64,000 nt of DNA from Lophium mytilinum (Eukaryota), in NCBI GenBank assembly GCA_010093605.1, contig MU004189.1, positions 379,834 through 443,833 of the forward strand, written 5' to 3'. The notes under the pieces are model-generated. The model saw nothing but the letters and a program-made list of their open reading frames with translations, was not told where the DNA came from and did not search any database. Shown piece after piece: positions 12,044 through 25,856 of the stretch (positions are counted from its first letter, which is position 1; the number at the start of each line of letters is the position of its first letter). A program made the position numbers and the translations under genes.

Positions 12044-13851
12044 GGCAGTGGCGGTTGTAGATGTGTATGTAGTGGTGAGGAGAGGGATGCAGACGGGCCT
12101 ATCGAATACTTAATAGTTTTGCTGGGGGTCCACTTCCAGGAATTTTACTATTTGCAGCACCGCGCTTAAGAGATCGCTGAAGAGGGTTCGATCGTCCCCA
12201 GGTCGCGTGTGTTGCGATTCGTCGGCTACTATCGTGTACAGCCACGAAGGACGGAGACCGATAAGTAAGGCTCGTCACTATTGCGTGCGATGGCGGAATA
12301 GCGGTTTGCAAGGCGTATGCGAAAGTTGGGAGAAGGTTGATATCTGGGGGTCGAAAATGGACAAACTGAAAGTCTTACGGCCGCGCACTTCTTAAGGACG
12401 CGGCTCTCTGCATAGGAAGCCATCCTGGATATACTGCAGGCCTAAATCCTAGTGATCCACTGCACTGTGTCGCTCCGCCGGTGGCCCAGCGGTCAGTCGT
12501 TCGGTTTCCCCAGTCGTGTGCGGGATCAGCCTTGTGGTCGCCTGGATGTCCCCATCCGCACTAAGCATCGTCACATTTAACTCAACACGAGCGCTAGGGA
12601 TTTTTTTGTGAGTTAGTTCCTGTGAGAGTCCTGGATATGGAGTCTGCGATTGGGTTCTTGTAAGTCTCGCAACTGTTGCGCGGATTTACCTTGGGAGGAT
12701 TTCCTGCCCCGTGCTGGACATCGCCCTGGCGCTCAGAGGTTGGGGGTACATGTCTTGCTCAATGGGAGCTGGTATGCGGAAAACCCTTGTCAAGCGTCGG
12801 CAGAGAAGGCATGATCTCCACAGTGCCTGCGTTCCATAGCTTCGAAGCTAGGAGACGGTGACGGCGTGGCTGTTGACGTTTGCAACGGCTGGCTGACGGC
12901 ACAACGGTTGAGCCCAAAACACACTATCGCCAGCGGGACGGATGCTTCGGACGCACCCTAATCCCGCATTGCAGATAGACAGGGGCGGGGGCGGGTCTGA
13001 AGCTGCCGTACGGCTGGCCTTACAGTATCAAGCGGTGGAGGAGAATGGCGACGGGGCCCAGGGGTAGCAAACTGGGAACGAGGGAGCGGAAACCTCGAGC
13101 TGCAATGCATCGGAATAGGTGTCTACAGACCCGAGCACGTGACCAAACTCGCATGAAACCCCAAACCGGGTATTCGGGCATTAGCAGGACTCAGCCAATC
13201 GTTCGCAGCCTTTCTTTGCACATGAATCAGGGAGGAGCCAGGCCACCAGGCTGGGAGCAGACGGTGTGCAAAACCGGCTCCACAGGATATGCGGGCTGGT
13301 TTGCGCTGCCAGCTATTCGAATTCCATCGCCCGTCAATGTATAAAGATAAATGCGAAGAAAGATGACCCCCTTTTGCTTAAAGCGGACAAATTAGCTTTC
13401 TCGCTGTCCTTATATGCCGGCTTAGTTGTCTGCCGGTTCCGGTCCTTGGTCCACAAGATCGACATCTTTCACGGTGGCGGGTGAGCATTAGCCTATTTGG
13501 TCGATCTAGTCTCGCCTGTTTAAGCCAATAGCTTTCCAGCTACGAGCTTGGTATATGTACCCTTGTATTGTTATGTTCTGGCTGTATTCTATTAAAGAAA
13601 TGATCATAAATTTTAGAAGAAAGTACTTACCCAGCTAGCGACTTGTTCCTAAGCTTTTGATTGGCAGCTTAGTATCTAGATAGTTGAATTGAGTTCGCTA
13701 CAAACCTGTGGATGCCTTGTCGCCTGAATCTCAATATTCCAGCATGCTCTCTGTGTTGATCACCAGGCTGAAGCTTTCTTGGTATTCAGCCTGCCATGTG
13801 CATAACTCCTCTGCCGATATTTGTGTTACTCACTTCTATCATCTTTACAAA

Positions 13852-16094
13852 ATGGCCCTGTGCGCAACATGCAAAAACGTAGACTTCCGCACCGCCCTTA
13901 TCGCTTGCCTTCAATCATGTCGAGAGAGGCAAGAAGCTCATGGCGGGGACTATGACGACCCGCCCGCGTCCGACAATTCATGGAAGGCTAGGCACCACGA
14001 CGACATCTTCGCGATTGAAAAATCAAGCGAAAGTTGCAATCTTTGCAAACTCATATTCCAAGCCTTCGAGAATAGTGGAATCACCGACGCAGAAGTGGCA
14101 AGGGGGTTGCCGATCGTTTTGCGTGAGGTTGGGAACAAGATTGAAGTGTGTTATGATGCAGACGAAAAATTGATTCAGCTATGCGGGCTTGATGTCTGTA
14201 TGAATGAGGCTGATGGTGAGCATTACCTTTCTAGAAGCTTGGTGATGAAGCTGAATATTGGTCGATAGTTAGGAAACTTTTGTCCAGTGTTAAGGCAAAA
14301 GAGGATAGTTCGCCGGCGATTCTAAGAACGATGGAGAAGAATCCCGGCTCCGAGGCATCACTCGCAATCGCTTCTGGTTGGTTGAGAAACTGTCTGGAGA
14401 ATCATGACTCTTGCAAACCCCCCGCTGAGAACCAGAAGCCGCCGAAACGATTGATCAACGTCGGCACCGGAACCCAGACTCCGTTTCTGGAGGAGGCCTC
14501 CTGTAGTTCTGAGCACTTGAGATGGCTGTCTCTGAGCTACTGCTGGGGAGGAGAACCTTCAAAGAAGCTTACCGAGGACAACCTAGACAAGTTGAAGAAT
14601 GAAATCTCTTGGAACGAACTCGATCCGACGATCCAGGATGCTATCTTGGTTACCAGGGCTTTGGACATCCCATACATTTGGATTGATGCACTGTGCATTA
14701 TTCAAGACGAACATTCAAACGACTGGATTGAACAAGCCTCTAAAATGAACGAAATCTACGGAGGGTCAGTCGTGACTCTTGTCGCCGCCAGCTCAAAGTC
14801 AGTGAAGGATGGATTTCTGCACGATCGCGAGCTTCAATACATCCCCATCCTATGGCCCAGCAATATTGCTGGAGAGTCGACCGGTCAAAAACCTCAGGCA
14901 AAAGTGTTCATCTCGTCTTACTGGGACAAGAACGAGGACGAGCTCAACGGGCCCTGGAGTGAACGAGGATGGACGATGCAGGAAAATCTACTTTCCAGCC
15001 GGCTACTGCACTACACATCCTCTCAAATGGTATGGAAATGTAGCGAGCAACAGCGATTCGAACGAGGCGTAACAAAAAGCCTCCAAGCCGAGGTCGACGA
15101 ACTCCTGACGTACTCCGATGACATCGCTTTCGGATCTGGGTGGCTCTGGAAATTAGAGCCATTTATGAAATTCAAAAGGTTTCCAGACTACATTCCAAGC
15201 AGCTTGGAATATCCCCTGTTGTTAGAACCGGAAACTTTTCGACTGTGGTACGACCTCGTCGAGGAATATACTGAGAGGAGATTCAAATGCATCAAAGATC
15301 GTCTGGTGGCAATCTCAGGCCTTGCCAGGATAATCGGCAACACAATTCACTGCCATGACTATGTGGCTGGCCTGTGGAAACCAGACCTCATCAGAGGGCT
15401 TATGTGGTACACCAAAGGCGCAAAGCTGATCCCTCGACAATCTGCGGACAGCATACGAGCTGTCAATCTTACCTTTCCGTCTTGGAGCTGGGCTAGTGTT
15501 GGGTATGAGCGGGTGGAAAACAGCCAGAAGGAAAATAATCATTTCAAAGAGGTATCAGAAGTCAAGGATATACACATCGACCTTGTTGATCGACACGATC
15601 CCTTTGGGGGCGTGAAAAGCGGCAGCGTTACCCTCTATGGCCCGCTGAAGAAAGTACCAAGATTATACGATAAAGAATGGAGATCCCCGGAAGCATCAAT
15701 GTCAGCGTTTGCGCGGCATCTTTCCGAAACTGCCGAGAAAGAAAGCCCAGAAGGCGTTGACCACAGATTCTTTTCTCCGCCGGAAGGCCATTTCGCAGCA
15801 CTGCAGATGCTTAAGGGCATAGATTCGCTAGATTCGCTCGTGCTGGAAGCCACAGGCGAAGTCTCGAACGACATCACTATGTATCGCCGTGTCGGAGTCA
15901 TTACGCTCTGTTATTTTCCCGAGAACAGTGTGGCATCGCCAAATCTCATTGCTTACTTGGATGAGATGGATAATTCTCGTGCCGCGCGCCTTCGTTCCAG
16001 GGAAAAGGAGGGGGAGGGGCAGAAGGCTACTAACGAGGTAGTTATGGAGCTGAGGAGAGAGCCGTGGGAGGAAGAAACTGTAATTATCATCTGA
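13852..16094 (+). CDS. Heterokaryon incompatibility (HET, PF06985-type) domain protein (exons 13852-14215, 14269-16094)
   Basis: N-terminal LCxxC motif; PKRLINV, LSLSYCWGG, IQDAI.VTR.L..PYIWIDALCIIQD, DW..QASKM..IYGGS..TL.A, RGWTMQE..LS.R, DRLVAISGLA, YVAGLW, FPSWSWAS; the intron restores frame. Confidence 0.95.
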
Positions 16095-17002
16095 AAAGGA
16101 GCTAGAATCCTCATAGTCGTTTCCTGTCTTAGTTGAATTTTCGGTTAGATTAGCCGTAGAAAAGCTTTCATACCTTACCGCGCCTCCTATGGCCGTAACT
16201 ATCATGGACCCAGCGTGTTACTTTCTAAATAGACTCTACACCATTCAGGAATGTTTACACACTGTTAACATCGTGTTGACAGCTCGTTGGAAGGGTTAAG
16301 CAGGCGCGTTGTGTCGTGCACTGCCTCTTAGAAAACGACAGGGTAAGACCTCTGTGCTTGCCAATGTTCTGGTTCGGTGTTAGCGCGGTGAGGTAGTAAT
16401 GTCTTTCGCGGGATCGCACGTCAGCGTATAGGAGGGGGTGTCTGCTGGCGGAAGTGAGCGCTGCTAGGGTGATGCTTCGAGTTTCAGAGAGAGCCCAGAA
16501 TAGAGACAATAGGAACGAAACTCAATGCCTGGGATAGAAAACCAACGAGCCGCTTAGTCTTGGCTCAGGATGCGCTCAGCTTCTTAACGGGCAATTTCCT
16601 TGCCTGGATGCACATTGGGATATCGTAGTTGCTGTTATACATACTCTCGGTGGTGGAGACTAAAAATATAAGCAAGGAGAATTGTGATACGCTTTTGAAG
16701 CACTTCGAAATAGATGTGCGGTTAAATACCGATGTGTGGCCCGAGCAATAGTGGGTCGTGACATTCTTCTCTGTGAAAGGTGAATAGCTCATACGTGGTT
16801 ACAGGGACTAAAAGAATAGCTAATTGAGACGTTAATCAGCACGGCAACGTGAAGTCATTCGCACGTGCTGTTGACAGCTTGCGTCTTATTATTGCTCAGA
16901 TTTGAACTGTCCTAAGCCTTCTATGCTGTGCTGCGGACGCTCAAAAATGCAGGCATAATCATCTCCGTTCAGTCGTGGGACAGGCTTCCTCTACTCGACG
17001 AC

Positions 17003-18333
17003 CTACTCCAATAGCGAGGCCTGGTTGGTGTAGAGTACATCCACGACGCTGCTCAACTTCTCGATCGTGTCTAGGGCAGCGTCATAGCCTTGGTCCCGCT
17101 CCGCCTCGTCGTATACAATCAGACAGCCCGCACCCTGGTCCAACACACCGATGATGACTTTGTCCAAAATCATTTGAGAGAGCTTGCGCTCCACCTGCGT
17201 CGTGTCTAGCCCCACCATCTTGGCGACATGGTCTATTTCCACTCTGCTGAACGGTTCGATGACTTTGATGAGGTTCTGCTCCAACATGGCATCGTACAAA
17301 CGCCTCAAGTGGTTTGAGATGAACCTGTCGCCGCCAAGCTCGAATCGGTAGTCGGTCAGTGTTGTCTCGTACTCCTCCAGACTACGGTTGGTATGTGCCC
17401 TCGCAACCGCTTTCATAGCATCTAGATTCTTGCCGGCGTACTTGATCGCTTGTTTCGAGGTCATCAGGGACGTGACGTCGTCGCCAAGATTGAGCATGAT
17501 CTTGCACAGCAGCATGTACTGGAGAGCGGAGGTCGCCTTCTTGGGCTCGTCCTGGGAATGGTAGCCCTCCATAGCCTCGATGAAGTACGAAAACGCAGTG
17601 TTGAAGTCCTGGTCTTCGGCATGCAACATCCCGCTCTGCATGTCGAGCCCGGCTTGCAGTAGCGGAGGTGTGTACACGGATGCGGCCGACGTTCGCGCGG
17701 ATGTGAGAGCGGCTCGTCCTTTGGGGACGTTCCCTAGGGCGTGATAGACCTTAGACTCGAGGAGCTGGACTTCCACGAGCACGAGTTTGTCATCTAACCG
17801 CTTCAGCTCCTTGAGAAGACTGTTGATCAACGTGAGAGCCTCGTAATATGACTGCTTCTGCATGTACAACGACACAAGCCGAGTCTCTAGATTCTGCCGC
17901 AGGAAACCTCGCCGTTCCGAGACCGCCCATTCTATGCATGACTTTGTGACAGAGATCTGGATATCGGTGGTGTTCGGGAGGGTGTTGAAAAGGTCGAGCA
18001 TTTGCCGTACTACAAACAAACACGTTAGACAACATAGCTATACTACTCAGCACAGGGCTTCGTACCTAGCTTAGCGGTCTTCGCTTTAGCAAATGATGAC
18101 AGGACTGATCTCGTCTTGAGAACGAGCTCCGCCAGATCGTCGACCTTCTTCTGGTCCCGATAGACCTCTCCCAGGCCGACCAGCGCCGCCTCATAGTTCT
18201 TCAGCGCGGCATCGGTTGCTCCTGGATCTTTCGACAATATATCCTGGTAGATAGCTTCAGCCTTCGTGGGCGCCTTCTTCGCCAGGTCGTGCGCCTCTTC
18301 TATCCGCTTCGCATCGTCCGTGATAGGCGCCAT
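17003..18333 (-). CDS. RPN6: 26S proteasome lid subunit Rpn6 (PCI domain), 1 intron
   Basis: AKAKTAKL / VRQ, FLRQNLETRL, LTSARTSAASVYTPP, KYAG, LLEQNL-like MLEQNLIKVIEPFSRVEI, ERKLSQMILDK. Confidence 0.97.
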
Positions 18334-18860
18334 CGGGATAGCGGGAGTGAGTGTGTGATGGGTGAGGTTACTGAGAGCGGGGAAGCTTGGTGAGAATCGA
18401 CACGCGGGTTTTTAGTTGGGCTGAATGGGTAGTCGATGTTTATACGTAACAGGCGACACCTGAAGCTGGAGGTTCACGCTCGAACTAGCGGCTTGGCATC
18501 GGTACAACGTAATTCCGGCCTCACTTTAATGTCGCTTGTCACGTGTGCACAATATATTGGTTCGTGGGTTCAGGTAATTGTGGTTTATCGCTCTGTGACT
18601 CGCGCCACGACATTTGAAACATAGGACCTGCCGTATACACATACGAAGGCCAGCAGGGGCAAGCCCGAGAAGAATATCATACCCCAAGTCTCCACCCACC
18701 ATACCCTACACCAACAATATGAAACAAGTGGTCTATCTACAAGACAACTGTTCACGCTTTATTGAGATTCATATACGCCAGAAAACATCAATCATCCAGA
18801 TTTTTGGTATGCAGCTGCTCTCACTCCCCACTCCCCACCCTCACCCCCCCGCTGCCTCAT

Positions 18861-20740
18861 CTAATCACTATCATCACTAGTCGGGGACTCTCTCGTCGGA
18901 GGCCTCGTCGTCCTCGAGAGCGAGAAATCCAGCACATCAGAGCGCGGCTCAATAAACTTGCGCAAACACCAGCCAACCTGGATGGCCATGGGCTTCTCCT
19001 TGCCCAGCGGGTCTACTGACTTGCCCTTGACGAAGATGATTTGGTTCTTGCTGTCTTCACGGTCGTACACCTTGTCGGACGAGCCAAAGGCGATGACGTT
19101 GAGTCTGGAGCTGCGGTCGTGGGTCTTCGCGTGCGCCGCGCTGCGCTCGAAGCCTTGCTGGGCCATGCCTCCCAGCAGATGCTCGTAGACTTTGAGCGGC
19201 AGCTTTGAGGACGAAGGGTTGTTGTTTGGCCAGGTGGTTATGTTAAGAGTCACGAGGTTACGGAGGGCACCCAGACATGTCTAATAGTCAAATTAGCATT
19301 TGTAATAATCCAGATTGAGACAATAGAAATTACCTCAAAGGCAAGGAACTGATCGCTGTTGTGCCGAATAACGCTCGTGTTTGGGAACGCGGCCGAGATC
19401 TGCTCTAGCAATGTGCAGTCGTTGCAAATTGACTGGAAGTCCGGGAAGGTGTAAATATGCTCATGCTCGATGTCGTCAACGGTGCTAGCATGCACATTCA
19501 GCTCCTTAAGAGTCTTTGCATGTCGAACAATGCCAGCAGCCGCAGGGAGTGCCTTGGCATAGGTGATATCGATGGTCAAGATCTTAATACCCGAGACGAG
19601 GCAGAGGAAACCATCCAGAGCATTCAATGCGTCGTTTTCGACGTTGTCATCGTGCTTGAATTCCAGCGTCTCCAGCTTCTCCGGTAGCTTCGTGCTCTTG
19701 GTGAGCTCCGCAAGCAGCGCATCAGCCCCAGGACACGCGAAAACACGTAGCGACTTGATATTGCGGAAGTTGATGAACTTGCAGTATGTCTCCGCTGCAT
19801 ATCGGAGGTTGATCTTCTGTAGCGTAATTTCCCTGAGGCCTATTGGCGTGCATTTCTCAAAGGGCTGCAAAGAGTTGAACATGGTGCTTGTGATCAGGCC
19901 CGGGCCAGTGCTGGAGTCGTTTAGTTCTCGATTGGTGAGGGCGGATTCGCTGTCATCGAAGCTCGCATGGAGAGTTATCTTTTCCACTTTGGGCGCCTTC
20001 TTCACCAGCATCTGACAGTATTCGAGCACGTCCCGGCTATCGGGATATAGCCCGAGTTTCTTGACATTCTGGAAAGTTTCGTCGAAGCTGGGGATCTTCT
20101 CTAGCTCGGTCAGAGGAACGGTCCTGTCCAAGGCAATGCCTTCCAGCCACTTCATACGCTTCTGCTTCTTGTACAGCAGTATCAAATTATCTCCAGAAAA
20201 TGGCGACCACGGATGCCAGGAGAACTTGTCCAGTATGTTCTCTGGTAGAAACTCTAAGATCATACGAATCGCAAAATGGGCCTGCTGGAGCTGGTTGCAC
20301 TTGTCCAGGACGTCGGCAAGGTATAGGTCCAGCTTCCGCACCCATGGTAGGCCGATATTCTTCGGGTTCAGGAAAGCGCTGAGCTTGGTGTCTGACGGGC
20401 TTCCGACATCGAGTGTCACCTCTTGATAGAGCTGGCGTACCGTGATCTCGTGGAGGTTTTTGCAGGTTAGGCAGAGGTTCTTGAGGTCTGTCGGGCGAAT
20501 AACCTGCACATATCGGAGTCAGCACTGACCTCAACATCAAAGCTGCTCGGCTTTCTTCTCCCAGGCGCGGGGAGAGCAATCCAGTAAAGGCAAGCCCACG
20601 ACGTCGCAGTCGCACGAAAGCGAGAGACATGCTGCGAGCCCAATGGAGCCAGAAGAGCTGTGCTACAATGGCATACTCACATGCTGCACAATCAACGTCT
20701 TGACGTCGACGGAGAGGTCCATGAACTTGGAGGGCGCCAT
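18861..20740 (-). CDS. F-box-like / LRR-type conserved fungal protein, 3 exons
   Basis: Exon 1 MAPSKFMDLSVDVKTLIVQH + VIRPTDLKNLCLTCKNLHEITVRQLY forms an F-box-like motif, followed by Leu-rich repeats; introns ~20680-20504 and ~19333-19281. Confidence 0.75.
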
Positions 20741-22025
20741 GCTGAGCTGTGAGGGAGGGAGTGAGGCGACTGAGAGCTCGAGGCTAGCGGACAGAAAAGA
20801 GGTGTGCGAATGGTTGCACGACGATGAAAGCGAGCGTCTCTTAACAAGCTCAGCAAACGATAAGATGGGAGGTAAAATGGGTCACGACGGGTCAAAGACG
20901 CAATTTGAACGGAAGCAATTGCTGCCTTGTAAGGTTCTGAGCCACATCAAGGCTGCCGTGGAGGTTGAGGGCGGAGGTGTCGCGCTGATGGACAGAGCTG
21001 CTGAAGACGGCTGCCTTCGATCGTGTTCCAATCAGAAGTCTGCTCTCTCAGCCTCACCTTTTCGGACCCCAAAAACCGCCGCGACTAAGCAGCGGTCCGC
21101 GGTGCTAGTGGGACCGTAGTGGGGAGGTCAACGGCGGTGAAGGGATTGCTCGCTGCCATACCCCCTCGTTCGGGACGGGTGCGGAGGCATCTCCAAACAA
21201 TAGACGGCTACACAGATATTCTAGCTACAGAGCGACTCATCACGGCACTCAGGCTTCCCCTCAACTTCCAGATCCCAGCAGTCACATCGCATAGTGGAGT
21301 CAAGATGGCTGTCCGTGACATCCTTGGAGAGATGCAAGCGACGAGCTCCGAGGGTCCATGCGGAGTGGCACAGTCAGAGCAGTGGCACAGCCTCGCGATG
21401 TGGGGATTCGTGAACCATGAAAAGTGACCGGTGAGGCAGTACAAGCTGCAAGATAGCTTAGAGAGGGATCATAGCCAACACTTGAAGCCCTCATTACTTT
21501 TGAATATGATTCCAGTGCTAGACACGTGCGGACAGCTTGATCTATCACGTACATACAAACATCCCTCTTCGCGATACAACTTAATCTGGTGGTGAGGTGT
21601 GGAGATACTTGGAAGTGAGATTGCAGTGTTAGTTCCACCATGGAACCTTAGAAATCTGCCTCCGAACCCGCTACGATGCAGGACGCTAGATTATAAACCA
21701 TCGCGCAGACTTCAGCTGACACGATGAAGCTCCCTTGGACTGATCCATACTGGTAAAACGTCAAAGCAAATCTCACCACCACACTCACTCAAGCATCACG
21801 GCTAGGCAACGAGTGGCAAAAGTCAGAAGAGACCCACATGGTCAAGTCTGGGTATCAAGTATTTGTTCCTAGCAAGTAGCAGACACGCTATATCCTGCCG
21901 CAGTAATGTCCAGGCATAGCCAAAGATGAGCGCCCAGTCCGCCGGGCCAGTCCAAAAACCCCAGATCCAGACACCTCGCTATGCAGGTGCAAATACAAGA
22001 AATAGAGGCCCAACCGTTGTGATGC

Positions 22026-24648
22026 CTACTCGTCATCGTCCCGCTCCAGCTCTGCCAGCAGCTCAGCCTCTAGCTCTGCATCACCGTCCTCGTCGTCTTC
22101 TTCGCCACCAAGTCCGTTCTCCTGGCCCTCGTCTGGGCCAGTCGTATCTGGACTGGGAAGACCCGAAGACTTGTCCGCCGACACGACGTTCGTCAGGCTA
22201 GTCACCCGCTCGAGCACACGCTTCTTCTTCCGTTGGAGCTTCGACCCTGTGGAGCTGCTGACGCTCGCATCGCTATCATCCGCCTCGCTACCGTCCACTG
22301 ATCCGGTCCCGCGCTTTCTCTTCTTCTTGCTCCTCTTAGTCGAAGAAGTTTCTACGCTGTTTTCCGAGTTCACACTATCCGTTTCGGATCCCGTTCCTTC
22401 GTCCTCGTCCTCGTCCGATTCGTTCATGAAGTCCTGGAACTCGTCTCCCAGCGATTGCCATGTTTCGTCGGAAATGTCCACATTGACCGGGCTCTGTAAC
22501 TCGTCCTCATCCTCTTCACCAGTAATCGCGCCGTCTTCATCTTCGGCACTTAGCAACGGACCTTCCTCAAGATCATCGAAAGGAACGAGGTCGGGGGACC
22601 CACCGTGTGCTCCATGCTCGTCAGGGTCCATCGGGATGAGGTATGGCTGTTCGTCCGCCCGCTCCCACTTCGAGAAGCATTGCAATAGCCAGTCCGTGGT
22701 GACGATCTTGATTTGTGGATGACGTGACGCTTTCTTGACCTTTGTAGTCTTGCGGCTGGGATTTGCGACGACGTGTGTCGTCTGTTTGTTGAGATCAGTC
22801 GAGACCTGGGCGCCAAAGCTCTTGGCCCACAGCGCAATATCAGAGCTTCTCGATATGTTAGATCAAGTCCGTGATGGATTCGGCTAGGGACTTACTGTTG
22901 AACATCTATACCTAGGGGAACGATGCCGGAGAAAACAATCGAGACTCCTTGAAGCACGGCCTGCTTCATTCGTGGCATGATTGTCTTGACGTCTGGTACT
23001 ATTTCCAAGTCATCCGGAGCACGCTTCTTTGGACTCTTCTCGCCTCTAAGCTCGGCAATCCTTCCACCTTGATGCGCTGTCCGCTTCTTCCGATACTCGT
23101 CGAAGAATGCGCGGTGGACACGTCGAAGGCACGCCTCAATGTATATGAGCTCATCGTCATCGTCGTGGAGCAGGCTCTTGTGCTTGTGTTGTTCCGGCGA
23201 TGGAGCCTCGGCATTGTCTACAGCTTCTTCAGCTTCCGCGGTCTGCTCGGCTTGTTCGAGCGCGAGCTGTTTTTGCAGCAGTGGTCGTTCGGTCTGTTGG
23301 GAGATGATGACCTGCTCCTGCTCTTTGCTCTGTCGCTCTAAAAGGTCCGGGTTGTCACCTCCGCTCATGGTAAGTAGCTGCTTCTCCAAATCAGTTAGTA
23401 CGCCGTTTGATACTGGTGCCACAATGCTTTCAGGGGGTTTCGCGGCAATGGACACTACCTGGGCCTCTCCAGTCGACTCTTCCGCTTCATTTCCCACAGT
23501 CTGGGTCGACTCAACAACTGCGGTTGGCGCGGCGTCGGTGATGACCCCCACTTGCTTTGGAAGGAAGCTAGCGTTGATATCACCAGCGCCCAGGAAGAAG
23601 TTGTAGGCCCGCACTTTGACCAAGTTGTCACTCCATTGCCATATGTCGCCCCTGTCGTCGATCACAAGCACCATGTCCGTATTCACAGGAAATAGCCGGT
23701 GGAGGGTCTTGACTTGATCCGTCCCATTCTCATCACGGCTCAATATCCTGTCGCCAAAGTATACCCGGTCGGGATCGATGATCTTCGCAATGGCTTGGGC
23801 ATAGGCGCGTGTCGCCATGGTGTAGATGTGGAGCTCGTACATGGTGGAGACCTTGTCGAGAAATTCCTTGAGGCCGGGGCGGAGCTTGCAGTAGTACCAG
23901 TTTGCCGCGACGTTGGCTAATCTGTCATCCGCAAGCTGAAAGCTTCTAACTTCCTTGACTGCCTCGTAATTGGGATTGTTCGGGTCGTTCTGCCACTCGG
24001 CTATCGTCCGCTCGCAGGTTGTATGGATCACGGTCTGATCTAGATCCACAATCAACGAAAGCTTCTTGACACCCAACAGGCGGCGCTTTGCATCCTCCTC
24101 GGCTAGGAGGGCCTCCTTCTTGCTAACCAACAGAGACGTGTTGTCGTGCGTCATGTTGACGGTGGCTCGGTCAACATCGCGTCGGTCAGTCATGTAGTCC
24201 TCCCTATCAGAAAGCGGTCAGCAGGTCGTCGCGCAATGGGGTGGGTGCCTAGCCGTACTGCGTCATGTCCTTGCCGCAATCCGCACACATGCCGGCGAAC
24301 TGAGTCTCATGGGTGCATGGCTCATCGATCTCGACAAGCTTCGCTCTGCACAAGTGTTAGCTCAGACAGCGGGGGACTTAGTAGGGAGTCTGCGAACCCG
24401 GCGCGTTGAATGACAGTGCCATTCCGGATGAACCACTCGGCGAGCGTGCCCGCTTTTGACGACTCGAAGCTGGCACGGAACTTCTTCTTGACCTCCTTCT
24501 CATCGCCGTACTTGTCTCCCTCGGTTACAGTAGTCTCGTAGTAGTATGAGAACAGTGGCGCACCCCGTTGAATATCATCATGGGGCTTCTTGGCGAGCTC
24601 GACGACGGTGATGGGGTAATGGAGACCGGTGGGGGATTCGACCAACAT
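22026..24648 (-). CDS. FCP1: RNA polymerase II CTD phosphatase Fcp1 (FCPH + BRCT domains), multi-exon
   Basis: LSLIVDLDQTVIH (DxDxT), KLRPG, YTMATRAYA, RILSRDE, IDDRGDIW; BRCT IVFSGIVP...WL.QC...WER.DE.PY; acidic tail. Confidence 0.96.
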
Positions 24649-25856
24649 TCCTCTTTTACATGCTCCAGCGAGTCGCGCTATGTGTTGGTTTGGGTGTGGG
24701 GTTCGGGGTTGAAGGAGGCGCGTGGGAGGCGCATTCGAGGTGAAGCTCGGTTGGGAACGGAGCTTGGGCGCGGGCTCGCAGCCGTCGCAGTGGCGTGAAG
24801 TAGCTCGGTAGCCTGGCTGAGGCAGCGGGAGGGAAGAGATCGGGGTGCAATTGGCCGCAGGGAGCGAGCCGGTGGTTGTGGTGTTGATGTAGTGAGGTTT
24901 GGGTGCAGATCGCCAAATATGAAGAACGCGGCTCGCGGGGAAGGAGCGAGGAAGGCCAGCCTCTTATAGCAGACGAATAATGGATCTACCCGTCAAAGGC
25001 CCCAGCCTTGAGTCACGTGCAGCCTAATCCTAGCGTGCGGGTCGGTTATCCTGTCCCTATTCTGCGGTGGAGAGAGCGGAATCACGGCGTCGGGTCAGTA
25101 GGCCATGCATACTTTGGAGCCTGCTGCGGATGTTGACATGGATTTTGTGAAGTCGGAGTGACGTGTAACTTCTCGCATGGCCAGATCCTGCACCTTGTGC
25201 AATGGGAAAATTGAAGTGACAGAGATCCGCATATCGTTAGCTTTGTGGCCCCTTTAGCGCTCACCACCTGCAAACGAGATGTCCCTCCTGCCTCGTGCAC
25301 GTCGAACCACAGAACAATAGATCTTGATTGATTTTCGTTTGCTCATGGTACACTTTCTGTGTCCGGTCATGACCTGCCAGAGCACTTTTGACGCATGGAT
25401 GCACTTGAGGATAGCAAGCTCAGAAACAAAACTTCGCAACGTAGACTTCAAAGCATCGTTTTCGCATGTTGGCAGAATGTCGAAGCATTCTTAGCTTTAG
25501 AACATAGTAGCCGCTTGGTAAGTAGGAGGATTACCCTTTGATTCATGGTTCTATGCTAATCAGAAGCACTGCCCTTTCATTGTGGTCAGCACCAAGCCGC
25601 AGAGCGTATCCTAAGCCAGGAAATTAAAGGAGTAAAATGGTGAAGAAATGATATCTATTCTACTTCCGTGCGATTGCGCATTACGCATTATCTGTTGCGA
25701 CCCAGTCCAGAATGCACCCTATGACCAAGCCCTAACCAACACCCACTCCCTCGCGCCGAACCCCGTCGCCGATGGAGACAGGAAATAACAGAATATTGGA
25801 CACGTCGAATTCGGACAGCGATACAAGAAACCTAGTCCTCGTTAACGCCGCTGGCT

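Noticed and set aside
13500..16800. TpA-rich flanks of the HET gene as RIP-mutated transposon remnants
   Set aside because: Short and only mildly AT-rich; no terminal repeats, target-site duplication or transposase fragments seen.
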